Shown one piece after another: positions 26,356-39,313 of a stretch of 64,000 bases of DNA (its first letter is position 1; each line of letters starts with the position of its first letter). The DNA comes from Octopus vulgaris (Eukaryota). A program made the position numbers and the translations under genes. The stretch spans positions 95,852,001 through 95,916,000 of the forward strand of contig OX597821.1 of NCBI GenBank assembly GCA_951406725.2, read 5' to 3'. The notes beneath the pieces are model-generated. The model had not been told where the DNA came from, did no database searches, and worked only from the letters and a program-made list of their open reading frames with translations.

Positions 26356-29303
26356 CTGGAAGAGAATAAAAGTTTTGAAGATAATAATAATAATAATAAT
26401 AATAATAATATTAATATGAATGCAATTAAGCCTGAATTTGGGTCTAAATACCAGGGAATACTTGAGGCAAATTTATTAGAATATCTAAGGTTTCTAACTA
26501 AAAAAAAAACAGGAAAAAAAACCCCAGTCTCTTGATGATGTAAAAATATTAAAAAATGAACCAGTCATGTGCTTTGATTGATAAACAAGAATGCAATTGA
26601 TTCAATATCATGTGACAGATACATGAAAATGTAAGAGGTACACAAATTTCATAACATGATGAACTTCTTTAAAAGATAAATGAAAAAGTGTTCTTACCAT
26701 CTCGAGTAAAAATTTTGATTGTAAGCTCCAGTCTCACAATGATTCTAAAGTAATTGTATGATTCATTCTACACTTATTGCTACTGGGTTGGTGTTAAAAA
26801 TAGTCAATTTGAGGGAATACATAGGAAGAGGGAGCACCAAGCTCAACTACCATAACATTTTCAAAAATAACCTAAAATTATATACTGCAAATGGCCTTCA
26901 GCTTGAGAGTCTCTTCATTATTGTCTAAGTAGTTTATTAAATGCTTTAAAATGTTCCTTGGACAGGAAAAATGCATAAAGGTGACATTACGACGAGGCAG
27001 ATTGTTAAGTTAGAAATATAATGTAGTATTCCACGGAAGGGAAAGAAACTGGACATCTCTGATCCATATTAATACATGGGTATTGATGAGTAAAACTGTG
27101 AGTGAAAGATTTGTGAATGCAAATGAAAAATGATTATTTTGTTAGTCAAAATAAAATAAAATTGTTTTAAAAGGATTAATAAAATATAATTTGTGTCATT
27201 AACACATTTGCAATAGCAGTAAATGGCAATTCTACATCATATAGACTATAACACTAAGAATTTTAGAAGAAAACATTATATACACCATAATAAGTCATAA
27301 GTTATATGCTACATATTTTTTAAAATTTATTTATTTTTTTTTTTTTACTACCCACAAGGGGCTAAATATAGAGGGGACAAACAAGGACAGACAAACGGAT
27401 TAAGACGATTACATCAACCCCAGTGCGTAACTGGTACTTAATTTATCGACCCCGAAAGGATGAAAGGTAAAGTCGACCTCGGTGGAATTTGAACTCAGAA
27501 CGTAACGGCAGACGAAATACGGCTATGCATTTCGCCCGGCGTGCTAACGTTTCTGCCAGCTCGCCGCCTTGTTATATGCTACATAATAATACAACATCCA
27601 GTGATTTTATATCCTAAAAAGAGATTGTGGGAGACTACTGAGTGTCAAGGAATAGATTAAGAAGACAGGTATTAATTGTTTTTACCACCTTGCTGCCTAA
27701 TAAGACAGGCTGCTGCTGCTATATGCCCTTGGTGACTATGATTATCACAACAAAATTCTCTCATGAAACTGAATTAGATTTCGGACTGCTAAAATCAAAA
27801 CCTAAGGCAGCAGGAAAAATTGGACACATTGACAGTACATAAGACAATCTTGATGAACAATTATAAAGCATGTCTTTGTATGGCTAATAAATTTCTGGAC
27901 TGAATACTCCACATATAAAAGTAAAAGAAGAAAAAAAGAAAAAAACTATCCTTGGCTTGTGTTAACAAGTCCTGGTGGGATGTTGGTAGCAGAAAAATCA
28001 GATGCCACCATACAAAGACAGGCCATCACAATGAGATATGTTAAAAGCCTTTCATCCTTTCGGGGTCGATAAATAAAGTACCAGTTACGCACTAGGGTCG
28101 ATGTTATCGACTTAATCCCTTTGTATGTCCTTGCTTGTCCCCTCTATGTTTAGCCCTTTGTGGGCAGTAAAGAAATATATATTAGAAGCAATATCTACAA
28201 TTCCAACAAAAGAAGTGACAGATATCATTTGTGGAAAATACACCACATTTTCTGAGGAAATTTTCAGAAACAACACACCATGTTGTATCAGGATATTCTA
28301 CACAAATAAACATAAAATACTTTTGCAAATGCAATGTAGTAAAGCTACTCTACATATATATCTGCTCATCCAGTTTTATCATCTTCAAGAAAAAAAGTTA
28401 TGTGATAATCAAATGAATTTGGATTAGTCTTAGAAAATGACAGTATAAATGTATTTTTGCAGAAATACCTATTTCTTTACTACCCACAAGGGGCTAAACA
28501 CAGAGGGGACAAACAAACGGATTAAAGTCGATTACATGGACCCCAGTGCATAACTGGTACTTAATTTATCGACCCCGAAAGGATGAAAGGCAAAGTCAAC
28601 CTCGGCGGAATTTGAACTCAGAACGTAGCGGCAGATGAAATACTGCTAAACATTTCGCCCAGCGTGCTAACGTTTCTGCCAGCTCGCCACCTTGTAGAAA
28701 TACCACCAAACAGAACATATTAAGACTGACATCATTTCCTATGACAAAACTGACATTAGTATATTAATAATCGACACAGCAGACCACGATTTGCAAAAAA
28801 TGATCTGAAAAGTACTAAGTAATTACACTGACCTACAACTGAATTAAAAACAGCAAGGTAATAAGTAAGGAATGTATCTACCATCCCATTTCTGATTGAT
28901 ATAACTAAAATAATGCATAAATACTTCTGTAAAGACTTTGAAAATTACTTCAGAACTAAAAACATCATGAGAATAATTATAGAATGCATTTATCAACCCA
29001 TTTGTAAGTGATACCATGATAATAATACATAAAGGTTGAAAAATTACTTATAAGGCATGTACCAGAAAATAGCAATACTAGAGCTTGTAAATTTTGTAAT
29101 GGCATTCTCACACAGCATTTATTAATGTCGAACATTTATGTATGTGTTTTTCAATGTGTGCCTAATTCTTTTTGAAGAAAGGCAACTCTTGAGGCATTCC
29201 TCAAACCATGAATAATTAAGATTCTGTCAGCTATTTGAAATTCAGTACAAGGTTTCAAATTTGGGGAGGAATATAAATGATTATCATAAACCCAGTACTT
29301 TAA

Positions 29304-29524
29304 CCCTTTAGTGTTCGCATTATTTTGCCAAAATTAATGCTCTTTTATCCAAATTGTTTTGAACTAATCATGCATTATCTTGTAGCTATGAGATTTTGAT
29401 GAGGTAGCTGTTAATTTTTAAAACGATATTGTAGGGCTGGTGTGAGAGACCAGATATGGCCAGTTTGAACATAGCACAGGCTGAATACTTTTGGCCGGAT
29501 ATGGCCGGTTTAATTGCTAAAGGG
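29304..29524. mobile_element. piggyBac-like MITE
   Basis: TTAA|CCCTTTAG...CTAAAGGG|TTAA; homologous to 48711-48930. Confidence 0.8.
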
Positions 29525-29703
29525 TTAAACAGTGGCACTTTATTTTATCACTCCTAGAAAGGGATGATAAACCTTTCATTCTTTTAGTTTTAATAAAAAT
29601 AAATACCAGTTTAGCAGTGGAGTCAGTAATATTGTCTTTATTGACCCCCCCCCCCCCACTGCCCCACATTTTATAATAATAACAAAATAATGTAAGGACT
29701 GAC

Positions 29704-29767
29704 CTGTGCCACAACAAGACGGGACTTCACAGATTTCTTGAACTTGCCTTCATTTTCTTTGTTTATA
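29704..29767 (-). CDS. DUF389 gene exon 5 (INKENEGKFKKSVKSRLVVAQ)
   Basis: Acceptor gtttttgttgcag|T; donor CAG|GTCAGT; 64 nt, phase 2-0; F..S.KSRL.V.QV motif. Confidence 0.9.
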
Positions 29768-29859
29768 CTGCAACAAAAACAACAATGAAAGCATGGAAAA
29801 TGGACGTTAAATGATGATGATGATGACAATGATGGAGGAGGAGGAGGAGGATGAGGATG

Positions 29860-29925
<66 letters not shown>

Positions 29926-29929
29926 TAGG

Positions 29930-31241
29930 GAGCTCTTACCTCGGTTGGTGACTAAAGGCCTCTCGCTCAGAGTAAAAGGCAGACTGTATGATGCATGTGT
30001 ACGAACAGCCATGCTACATGGCAGTGAAACATGGGCCGTGACTGCTGAGGACATGCGTAAGCTCGCGAGAAATGAAGCTAGTATGCTCCGTTGGATGTGT
30101 AATGTCAGTGTTCATAGTCGACAGAGTGTAAGTACCTTAAGAGAAAAGTTGGACCTAAGAGGCATCAGATGTTGTGTGCAAGAGAGACGATTGCGCTGGT
30201 ATGGTCATGTGGCGAGAATGGATGAAGATAGGTGTATGAAAAAGTGCCACACCCTGGCAGTTGAGGGGACCTGTGGAAGAGGTAGGCCCAGGAAAACCTG
30301 GGTCGAGGTGGTGAAGCACGACCTTCGAACTCTAGGTCTCACCAAGGAAATGACCAGAGACCGAGACCTATGGAAGTATGCTGTGCGTCAGAAGACCCGG
30401 CAAGACCAGTGAGAACAATCAAAATCAAATCATATATCAGAAAGCAGGGGTTAAGTGACCCATCCGTTCGTGTCCGCTGTCAGCCTCGTCCGGCACCTGT
30501 GTTGGTGATACGTAAAAGCACCATTCGCTCGTGGCCGTTTGCCGGCTCTGTCTGGCCCCCGTGTCGGTGGCACGTAAAAGCACCATCCGTTCGTGTTCGT
30601 TGCCAGCCTCACCTGGCCCCGTGCCGGTGACACGTAAAAGCACCGTCCGTTCGTGGCCGTTTGCCAGCTCTGTCTGGCCCCGTGTCGGTGGCACGTAAAA
30701 GCACCATCTGTTCGTGTCCGTTGCCAGCCTCAGCTGCCCCCCGTGCCGGTGACACGTAAAAGCACCGGTCCGTTCGTGGCCGTGTGCCAGCTCTGTCTGG
30801 CAACCGTGTCGGTGGCACGTAAAAGCACCATCCGTTCGTGTCCGTTGCCAGCCTCGGCTGGCCCCTGTGCCGGTGACATGTAAAAGCACCGTCCGTTCGT
30901 GGCCGTTTGCCAGCTCTGTCTGGCCCCATGTCGGTGGCACGTAAAAGCATCATCCGTTCGTGTCCGTTGCCAGCATCGCCTGGCCCCGTGCCGGTGACAC
31001 GTAAAAGCACCATCCGTTCGTGGCCGTTTGCCTGCTCTGTCTGGCACCTGTGCAGGTGGCACGTAAAAAACACCCACTACACTCGCGGAGTGGTTGGCGT
31101 TAGGAAGGGCATCCAGCCGTAGACACACTGCCAGATCTGACTGGGCCTGACGAAGCCTTCCAGCTTCACAGACCCCAGTTGACCCGTCCAACCCATGCTA
31201 GTATGGAAAGCGGACGCTAAATGATGATGATGATGATGATG
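29930..31241 (+). mobile_element. 5'-truncated RTE-clade LINE: ORF2 end, 3'UTR tandem array and (GAT)n tail
   Basis: ORF 29945..30412 with LHGSETW, LRWYGHV.RM, RGRPRKTW; UTR ends ccaacccatgctag..tggaaagcggacg..(gat)n. Confidence 0.88.
30460..31064 (+). repeat. Ten ~60-bp GC-rich tandem units in strict A/B alternation
   Basis: Each unit is delimited by cacgtaaaagcac; A = cgtgtcc..gacacg, B = cgtggcc..ggcacg. Confidence 0.9.
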
Positions 31242-31275
<34 letters not shown>

Positions 31276-32499
31276 GCAGAAGTTGTTGAGGAACATCATA
31301 GCCATGTGTTGAGAGGAATTCTTTGGAGTTTGAATAATTTACCTCTGAAAATACGGAAATTTTGTTCAACAACCTTTTGAGCTGGATGGTGTACTTGACC
31401 CAAAGAAAATTCTAACTGGGCCCTACCTGTAAGGTCATGTGCTGTTTATCTTGATAAGAGATCACCATGTCATGCACATATGGTTGTGATGCATGTGCCT
31501 GGTGTACCCTTATCATATGGGTAGCCATGATGGGTATATTGGGTTTTGTATATTTATACCTCAGTGTCACTTTGATGGCATGCACTGCTTCCTCACTCAA
31601 TAATAATAATAATAATAATAATCCTTTCTACTATAGGCCTGAAATTTTGGGGGAGGGGGCAGTCAATTAGATGGACCCCAGTACACAACTGATATTTAAT
31701 TTATCAACCCCAAAAGGATGAAAGGCAAAGTCGATTTTGGTGGAATTTGAACTCAGAATGTAAAGACAGGTAAAATACCACTAAGCATTTCACCTGGCAT
31801 GCTAACGATTCAGCCAGCTTGCTGCCTTACTAATAATGATGATGATGATGATGATGATAATGATGATGATAATGGTGATGCATATTCAGTAGTCTGAAAA
31901 TGAGACTTTTTTGACTACTTCAAGCACATTAAAGATTACTCGGATTCAGACAAGCAATATAGTTGATTACATTAGACTTGTTATCACATATATGGAATGG
32001 TGCTGCTGCTACACACACTAGCATCCCTGACAACATCCAAAAGAAGTTCATTCAGCTAATTGTCAAAAAAATCCCTCACTAATATGCTACAACTACTAGC
32101 ACACATGTAAAATGTTTATTTTCACAGTCTGTTGCACTGCTACTACATCAGCCTCTGCTCCACTGAACCAGTAAGTTCCACCCAGGCCTAACTGCTAGAA
32201 CTATCTCTCCTCTCTTTCATATCATCCTTACTGTGTCCCACATCTTAGAACAGAACGAAACACTTTGCTGAGTCTTGTCTACTCAGAACCCAGTTTTAGA
32301 GGGCCTACAAAGGCCATGGGTGGAGTGTTTTCCTCCTGAACAAAGCAATTAAAAAAGAAGAGACAAAAGAACAGCTTTCTCCTGTTCCTCTTCCTAGCCA
32401 TGCATGTTTTGGTTTCCAGACAACTAACTTAGTTGAAATAAATGAAATAAGAAAAGGTGAAAAAATACAAATAAAACAAAAGGTAAGACAATAATGTGA

Positions 32500-32945
32500 A
32501 GGTGCAATGGCCCAGTGGTTAGGGCAGCAGACTCGCGGTCGGAGGGTCGCGGTTTCGATTCCAGACTAGGCGTTGTATGTGTTTATTGAGCGAAAACACC
32601 CATAGCTCCATGAGGCTCCGGCAGGGGGTGGTGGCAACCCCTGTTGTAATCTTTCGCCCCAAATTTCTCTCACTCTTTCTTCTTGTTTCTTGAGTAATGC
32701 TGCGATGGACTGGCGTCCCGTCCAGCTGGGTGAGCGAAAACACCGAAAGCTCCATGAGGCTCTGGCAGGGGGTGGTGGCAACCCCTGTTGTAATCTTTTG
32801 CCCCAACTTTCTCTCACTCTTTCTTCTTGTTTCTTGAGTAACTCTGCGATGGACTGGTGTCCCGTCCAGCTGGGGGCAACACATACGCCATAGAAACTGG
32901 AAAACCGGGCCCATGAGCCTGGCTGGGCTTCAAAAAGTCGCATAA
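32500..32945 (+). mobile_element. tRNA-derived SINE family C with an internal ~143-bp tandem duplication. Related copies at about 20320-20640(-), 50140-50380(+), 62585-62975(-)
   Basis: tRNA-like head tggcccagtggttagggc..gtttcgattcc; gagcgaaaacac..ccagctggg present twice. Confidence 0.75.
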
Positions 32946-33041
32946 ATAAAAATACAACAATAACAACAACGAAAAAAAAAAAAGGAATGAAAGAAAATGG
33001 AGAATAAGAAAATCAGTGATAATGTGATAAAATCTACATAC

Positions 33042-33107
33042 CTGTTACTGTTTTCTTCAGAATTTTTTTGATCAAAAGTCTCAACATGCATTGACGCTGG
33101 AAAAACA
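33042..33107 (-). CDS. DUF389 gene exon 4 (VFPASMHVETFDQKNSEENSN)
   Basis: Acceptor ctaccaag|T; donor AG|GTATGT; 66 nt, phase 2-2. Confidence 0.8.
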
Positions 33108-35120
33108 CTTGGTAGGATGTAGAGAAAAAATAATATTTAACAAAAATGTAGAGAGAAAAGACGTTGAAAAAGAAAGAAAAGCAGTACAAAATATTTGTAG
33201 AGAAAAAATACTAGAAAAATATAGAGGAAAAATAGAAAAATGTAGAGAAAAATAAATGTAAAATTTTGAAGAGGAAAAATAGAGAAAATAAGAATAAATA
33301 TGATGCAGGATGGATTTGTTATGAAATACTGATATTTAATTAATATAGGAGCACAGTGTAAACAGTAGAAAATATTGTAGAAAAGAATATGTAGAGAAAA
33401 AACCCCAAAAAGTTTAAAGGAAAGTAACAGGTAAAATGTAGAGAATAAATCTATAGAAAAATTTGTTGAGATGATAGAAGTAGTGAAAATATAGACAAGT
33501 ATCATACTAGGTAGATTTACTGTCAAATGATGATATATAAACAACAATATGGAATAAAATGAATAAATGAAAATATTTGATCAAGTTTAATCCCAGATCA
33601 TCTTAGGATTGATGGAGTAAGTATCAATAATATGCTGAGATTTTGAGCTTGTGTTAGGTGAAGAGGTAATCCATACATCTATATGGAAGTGGTTTCTAAG
33701 AGAAGTACTAGCCACAAATTTGTAGGAAAAACAGTTGATTATATGAACCCTCAAAGAAGGACGAAATGCAAAATGGATCTCAACACAATTTGAACACAGA
33801 GTGTAAAAGGCCAAAACATTAAAACAATATATGGAAGTGAAACAGGGCAGTAGATGACATACTTATTCATTATCATTGTTTAACGCCCTCCTTCCATGCT
33901 GGCATGGATTTGACAGGAGCTGGCCAGGACAGTTTGACAGGAGCTAGACTGGGAGCTTTTTTTTTTTATTAGTGTAGTAAATTTGGGATCTAAGTGTGTA
34001 TAAATGTGCATGTGTGCATGTTTTTATGTGTGTATGTGTGTGCACTTTATTTCATTTTACACCAGTTCACTCAGCTGTAAATGAATAAGCTTCTGATGGA
34101 CTGGCATCCTGTTTAGTGGGTGTGTTGTCATCTTGGTTACTTATATGCCATAAGTCTACCCATCTGGCCTGGCCAGCAGGGAGGTATCATTTGAATGCTA
34201 CAATAATGTGAGGAAGTTCATTGTGTATAACATTTGATACTCTGGATAATACAATGATACAGGGATACACATATACACACATATATATGTATATATATCA
34301 TCATTTAACATCTGTTGTCTATGCTGGCATGAGTTGGATGGTCTGACCAGAGCTGGCAAGCTGGGGAACTGCATCTGAACTCTAGTCTGATTTGGCATGG
34401 TTTCTATGGTTCGATGCCCTTCCTAATGTCAACCACTTTACAGAATGTGCTGTGTGCTTTTACGTGGCACCACACGGGTGCTTTTATGTGGCACCGCATG
34501 GACACTTTTACATGGAACTGCACAGGTGCTTTTATGTGGAGCTACATGGGTGCTTTTACATGACACTGCCATGAGTGCTTTTTATGTGGCATCAACCCAG
34601 AACTCTTGCAGGTTAATTCTCACCAATAGGGGGACTGGTTTTAACACTTTTTCAGTGGAGTATGGATATATATACACACAGAAATATTAATTTATATCAG
34701 AAAATTTTTCTAAACTTGCACTAAAATAATTTGGGAGTTTGAAGATTCAAATCCCAAAAAAGAACATCCAAACAAGTTGCTCATTTCTTATCAGCTTCAA
34801 AATACTTAGAACCCTGCACACACTCTCAGCCAGACTGCTTATATATCAATCAATATCCAGAACAGTTCATGTACAGATGTCAGTTTGGATATATCAACAA
34901 ACTAGGGAAATTATATAGCCAACTATGTGGTACATGAATTAAGAACATGTCTAACCAAGTTCTATCACAATTTTCAGTTTATAACCTCAAGAGGGGAGTG
35001 ACTGGCTGGATAAACTAAATATTTCTATTTGATCCATGTTAGTCAAAACTTAGGATTGATTTAGATGACAAACTTAATGAAATTTCAGAAAGGTCAATGA
35101 AGTGCTTAAGTTGTACTAAC

Positions 35121-35221
35121 CTGATGGAAGAATTTCTGAGTTTCTGACCAATTCCAATTGCCATTAGTCTCTTCAATACGTCTTCAATTCTGGCAGGAGC
35201 ACCACAGTCAATAAATGTAAT
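35121..35221 (-). CDS. DUF389 gene exon 3 (ITFIDCGAPARIEDVLKRLMAIGIGQKLRNSSI)
   Basis: Acceptor cccag|ATT; donor AG|GTTAGT; 101 nt, phase 0-2; L..L...GIG motif. Confidence 0.85.
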
Positions 35222-35420
35222 CTGGGTTGCAATTAGAGAACAAATAAATGATTTAGTTTCACCTTTACACACACACACACTCATTATTCATAAATGTAGT
35301 ATATATATATATGTGTGTGTGTGTATGCATACATACATATATATATAATAATAAATATTAGTGGAATAAATCCAAAATTACAGGGAAAAAAAAATCAGAT
35401 TTAGGATTAAATCCAATTTT

Positions 35421-35441
35421 ATATAAATATATATATATATG

Positions 35442-35539
<98 letters not shown>

Positions 35540-35684
35540 GTGTGTGTGTCTGTGTGCATGTTGTGTGTGTCACTACCGCTCACCGATTCTGATGAAATGA
35601 CACACAATGCCAATCATATATGTGTGTATATATGTGTATATATATAAATATATATATACATACATATATATGTGTATATATGTG

Positions 35685-35780
<96 letters not shown>
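35421..35780. repeat. Long (TA)n microsatellites, representative of many TA/CA/GAT/AAT tracts in the window
   Basis: Direct reading. Confidence 0.95.
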
Positions 35781-35783
<3 letters not shown>

Positions 35784-35969
35784 CAACAAGGGAAATCCTA
35801 TGTGGTTGCTGGATTGGCTAGAGGTAGCAGTTGTATTTCTATAAATTTGCACTCTGCCTTCTTAAGAAACGAATTATAGATTAAACAATGTAGTTTAACA
35901 TGCATTATGTTTGAATGAAGAAAGACAGCATGGTCATTGCAGGAATGCATTTCTTCATAAATCTGCAAG

Positions 35970-36019
<50 letters not shown>

Positions 36020-36291
36020 GTAGATAGAAAGGTAGATATATATATATATATCATCATCATCGTTTAGCATCCGCTTTCCATGCTAGCATGGGTTGGACGG
36101 TTCAACTGGGGTCTGGGAAGCCAGAAGGCTGCACCAGGCTCAGTCTGATCTGGCAATGTTTCTACAGCTGGATGCCCTTCCTAACACCAACCACTCTGTG
36201 AGTGTAGTGGGTGCTTTATACGTGCCACCAGCACAGGTGCCAGACGAGGCTGGCAAACGGCCACGATCAGATGGTGCTTTTTACGTGCCAC

Positions 36292-36346
<55 letters not shown>

Positions 36347-36971
36347 CAGAGAGACAGAGAGAGACAGAGAGAGTGCATGTGTGTGGGTGAGTGTGTATAT
36401 AATGAAAAATAAAGAATGGTGTGAAAAAAATCATTTCACTACTTCAGTTTACATATTGTTTCACCTTTGTTCAATACAACCAACTGACACAGTGCAAACA
36501 ACTAACAATATCCAGCCTAAATAAAATAACATTCATTTGACCAGTTCAATTCTTAGCACTTTTCTTTTATGTAATGTAAATGTGTTCATATAGACATGTC
36601 CAACTTGTTATTTGATGTTTTTTGAGGTTGCTCAGCTTATATTTTGTATGTAACCCTGAAGAATCTTATTCAGCATCTGTTATTTAGGTTACCTTGAAAA
36701 ACACAGAGAAAGTAATCAATTGCTGTACAAATTATTACATAATGTTGCAAGATTGATGGCACTGAACAAAGATGAAATAATTGCAAATTGAATTAGTAAA
36801 AAGATCTGCTCATTCCATATATTTGTTCTTATAAAACCTCTATGGATATTTGTGGATTTTCAGATATTTTTTTTGGGTAGTACAAACAACCTTTAGTTTA
36901 CAGTATTGTCTGATAGCCTGTATCTGTGGATGAGCTTAATACTGTAAACACCAGAGTTAAATAACCCAATG

Positions 36972-37010
<39 letters not shown>

Positions 37011-37014
<4 letters not shown>

Positions 37015-37367
37015 AACTTATAAACAAGGGCAAAAGAAAAAATGTCTAATGCCAAATATGCCGAAAATAGATACTTCGTCAATAACCATATAATTCATCA
37101 CTATAAGCACGTGTCCTGAAGAAAGCCGACAGAAATTTCTTAAAAATTCCGTTATTATCATATCGGACCTGATTTCAGAGTTAATTCATTAGAACCTTCT
37201 CTTCATCAGTGATAAATGCGGCAAAGGAATAAATGAAATACTTACTTATACTCATGGAAGAAGCAAACACTAAGTCATGAGCACAATTAAGTACCCCAAA
37301 TATATCCAAAATAGAAATTCTCCAGCACACCTCGAGATACGTGCGATTCGAACTGAAATCTCTCACA
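37011..37367 (-). mobile_element. (TA)n-embedded hammerhead-bearing element family 1, longer copy
   Basis: Reverse-complement homology to 7178-7426 plus about 110 nt extra 5' sequence; (TA)n flanks. Confidence 0.65.
37156..37214 (-). ncRNA. Type I hammerhead ribozyme motif, family 1, copy B (sense to DUF389 intron 2)
   Basis: Minus strand tatca-CTGATGA-AGAG...CTCT-GAAA-tcaggtccga-TA^tgata; intact core; compensatory stem II change relative to copy A. Confidence 0.75.
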
Positions 37368-38099
37368 GATATATATATATATATATATATATCAATTGTT
37401 ATTAATCCAAAACAAATGGCAGAATAGAAGAAATGAAATTGAAAATGAACAGAGAATATATTAGTACTAATTAGAATTTAATTATATTTTAAAATATAGG
37501 AATACAATTGACTGGTTTCACATTAGGTTTCCAAAACTGTTTAATGCATGGAGTTGTGTCACAAATTATATATCTATTCTGAGCATTGTTATAAAAATAG
37601 TTTGTTTTTAAAGTAGGAATGTGACTTAGAATGCTATCCATTCGCATACAAATTGATTGGTCAACATTCATGTATTATGCTTATGTGATAGACATGTGAG
37701 AAGGCCACATAAAAGCTTTTCTCTACTGAATGTGTTGAATATTTCTTGTGAAAATTAGAAATCAGTGAGATGAATAAGTGATAAAATATACATTAAAGAG
37801 TGGACATAAGCAATACTTTTTTATATAAGACATACTGTTGTAAAAATTGCATGACAACAACAGGCTATTCAGCTAGTATATATGTGTGTGTGTATGTGTA
37901 CATATATGTATAGTAATGCCTTAATTTATAAGTTACTTTGTTTCTGGAGATTACTTGTAAAGTGAAAACTCATAAAGCAAAGCAATAATCTCCCATAGTA
38001 GCAATGTTATAAATTGTAATTCGTTCCTGGAAAAATATTTTACTTATAAAAATTTTAAAACTCGTAAACATAATTGTTTAAATCCTTAAATCCTTAAAA

Positions 38100-38527
38100 A
38101 GCCGCGGCCATGCTGGGGCACCACCATTGAATGAGCTACACTAGTATGTGAAACCACCTCTGATACGTGGCACTTGGTCAACAAGGGTGTTCAATGCTGC
38201 TGCCTGCATCTGTGTTTCCTGCCGAGGGGTAGGTTCATCTGGAACCCCCGAGAAGAAGAGATCCAGTTTAGTTTTAAAGAAACCTACATCCACACCATGC
38301 AGGTCTCTCAGGCATTTAGGAAGGATGTTGAAGAGCTGTGGTCCCCTGAAACCCAGGCTGTTGCAATATCTGGTCCTGTATTTTGATGGTGATGCTGGGA
38401 TCTTTGGCACCATGCAGTGGTGCCCTATTCTGCTGTTGGGGTAACTTTCAATGCCAAAATTCGGGACAAGACCCTCCAGGATTTTCCAGATGTATATCAC
38501 TGCATATCTCTCCTGCCTTCGCTCCAA
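38100..38527 (-). mobile_element. CR1/L2-like LINE 3' end
   Basis: ORF ERRQERYAVIYIWKILEGLVPN...GPQLFN.LP...FK.KLD. Confidence 0.75.
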
Positions 38528-38954
38528 TGTTTTAGATAATTAGTGTTTATTATTTCGTCAAAGAATAATGTCATCAATTAAGGCTACTTGCTTCCCATTG
38601 AACATGTTAAAATATATCCCTTCTTTGTTAACAAGGTGTAGGGCAAGTAAGATAACAAAGTGTAGAGTAAATAAGATAGATGATAGCAGGTACATGAATT
38701 TTGGTTTTCTCAAGAACAAGCCCAAGTATACATTCTACAATAATGAGTTCATAGGAAAAAGAGAATTGTGTACTACTGATGTTTTTCATAGCCTGTTCAG
38801 CAGTGGCTTGTATTTTTTTTATTTCTAATTTATGAACTTTCCTTACTAATTCTTGTTTGGTTTGGAGTATTGTCTGCACTTTTATAGAATGGGAAGACTA
38901 GAAATTTGGAAGATTTGGTCCTTGTGCATGTGTCCAAATGCTCACTAATTATTT

Positions 38955-39313
38955 AAATGCCTTAAGACTCCAAATTTGCCATCAAGATGTAGGACAAGAT
39001 ACTGTGATAGCCTGGGCTTCCGAGGCCCACAGCTCTTCAATATCCCCCCGAAGAACCTAAGAGACCTGCATGGGGTGGATGCAGATGTCTTTAAAATAAA
39101 ACTGGATCTCTTCTTGTCAGGTGTCCCAGATGAACCAACTTCACGGCAGGAGGTGCAGATGAGGGCAGCTGCATCGAACTCTCTCATGCACCAAATGGCA
39201 ATTGCTAAAAAGCATTCGTGAAGTAAAATCATGTAGCAACACCAAATGGCGGTGCCCCAGCATGGCCATAGCTCGTGAGCTGAAACTAGATAAAAAAGTA
39301 AAATAAAATAAAT
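38955..39313 (+). mobile_element. CR1/L2-like LINE 3' end with tail, inverted relative to the 38100 copy
   Basis: ORF 38976..39221 homologous to ORF 38141..38527; ends in an A-rich repeat tail. Confidence 0.75.

Noticed and set aside
30600-30625. HDV-like ribozyme suggested by gccagcctcgcctggc-type units
   Set aside because: Nested double pseudoknot and catalytic C junction could not be assembled by eye
30460-31064. CRISPR-like regular array
   Set aside because: Spacers are not unique, whole units repeat, no cas genes, eukaryotic LINE UTR context
31144-31175. CTGACGA plus hairpin in the RTE UTR (also 17955) as a hammerhead
   Set aside because: No GAAA after the stem, and most copies read ctggtgcag instead
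30437-31191. Overlapping 150-167 aa ORFs, also at 44343-44828
   Set aside because: Artefacts of GC-rich tandem repeats open in several frames
32500-32575. tRNA gene
   Set aside because: tRNA-like SINE head with no proper acceptor stem, continuing into SINE body
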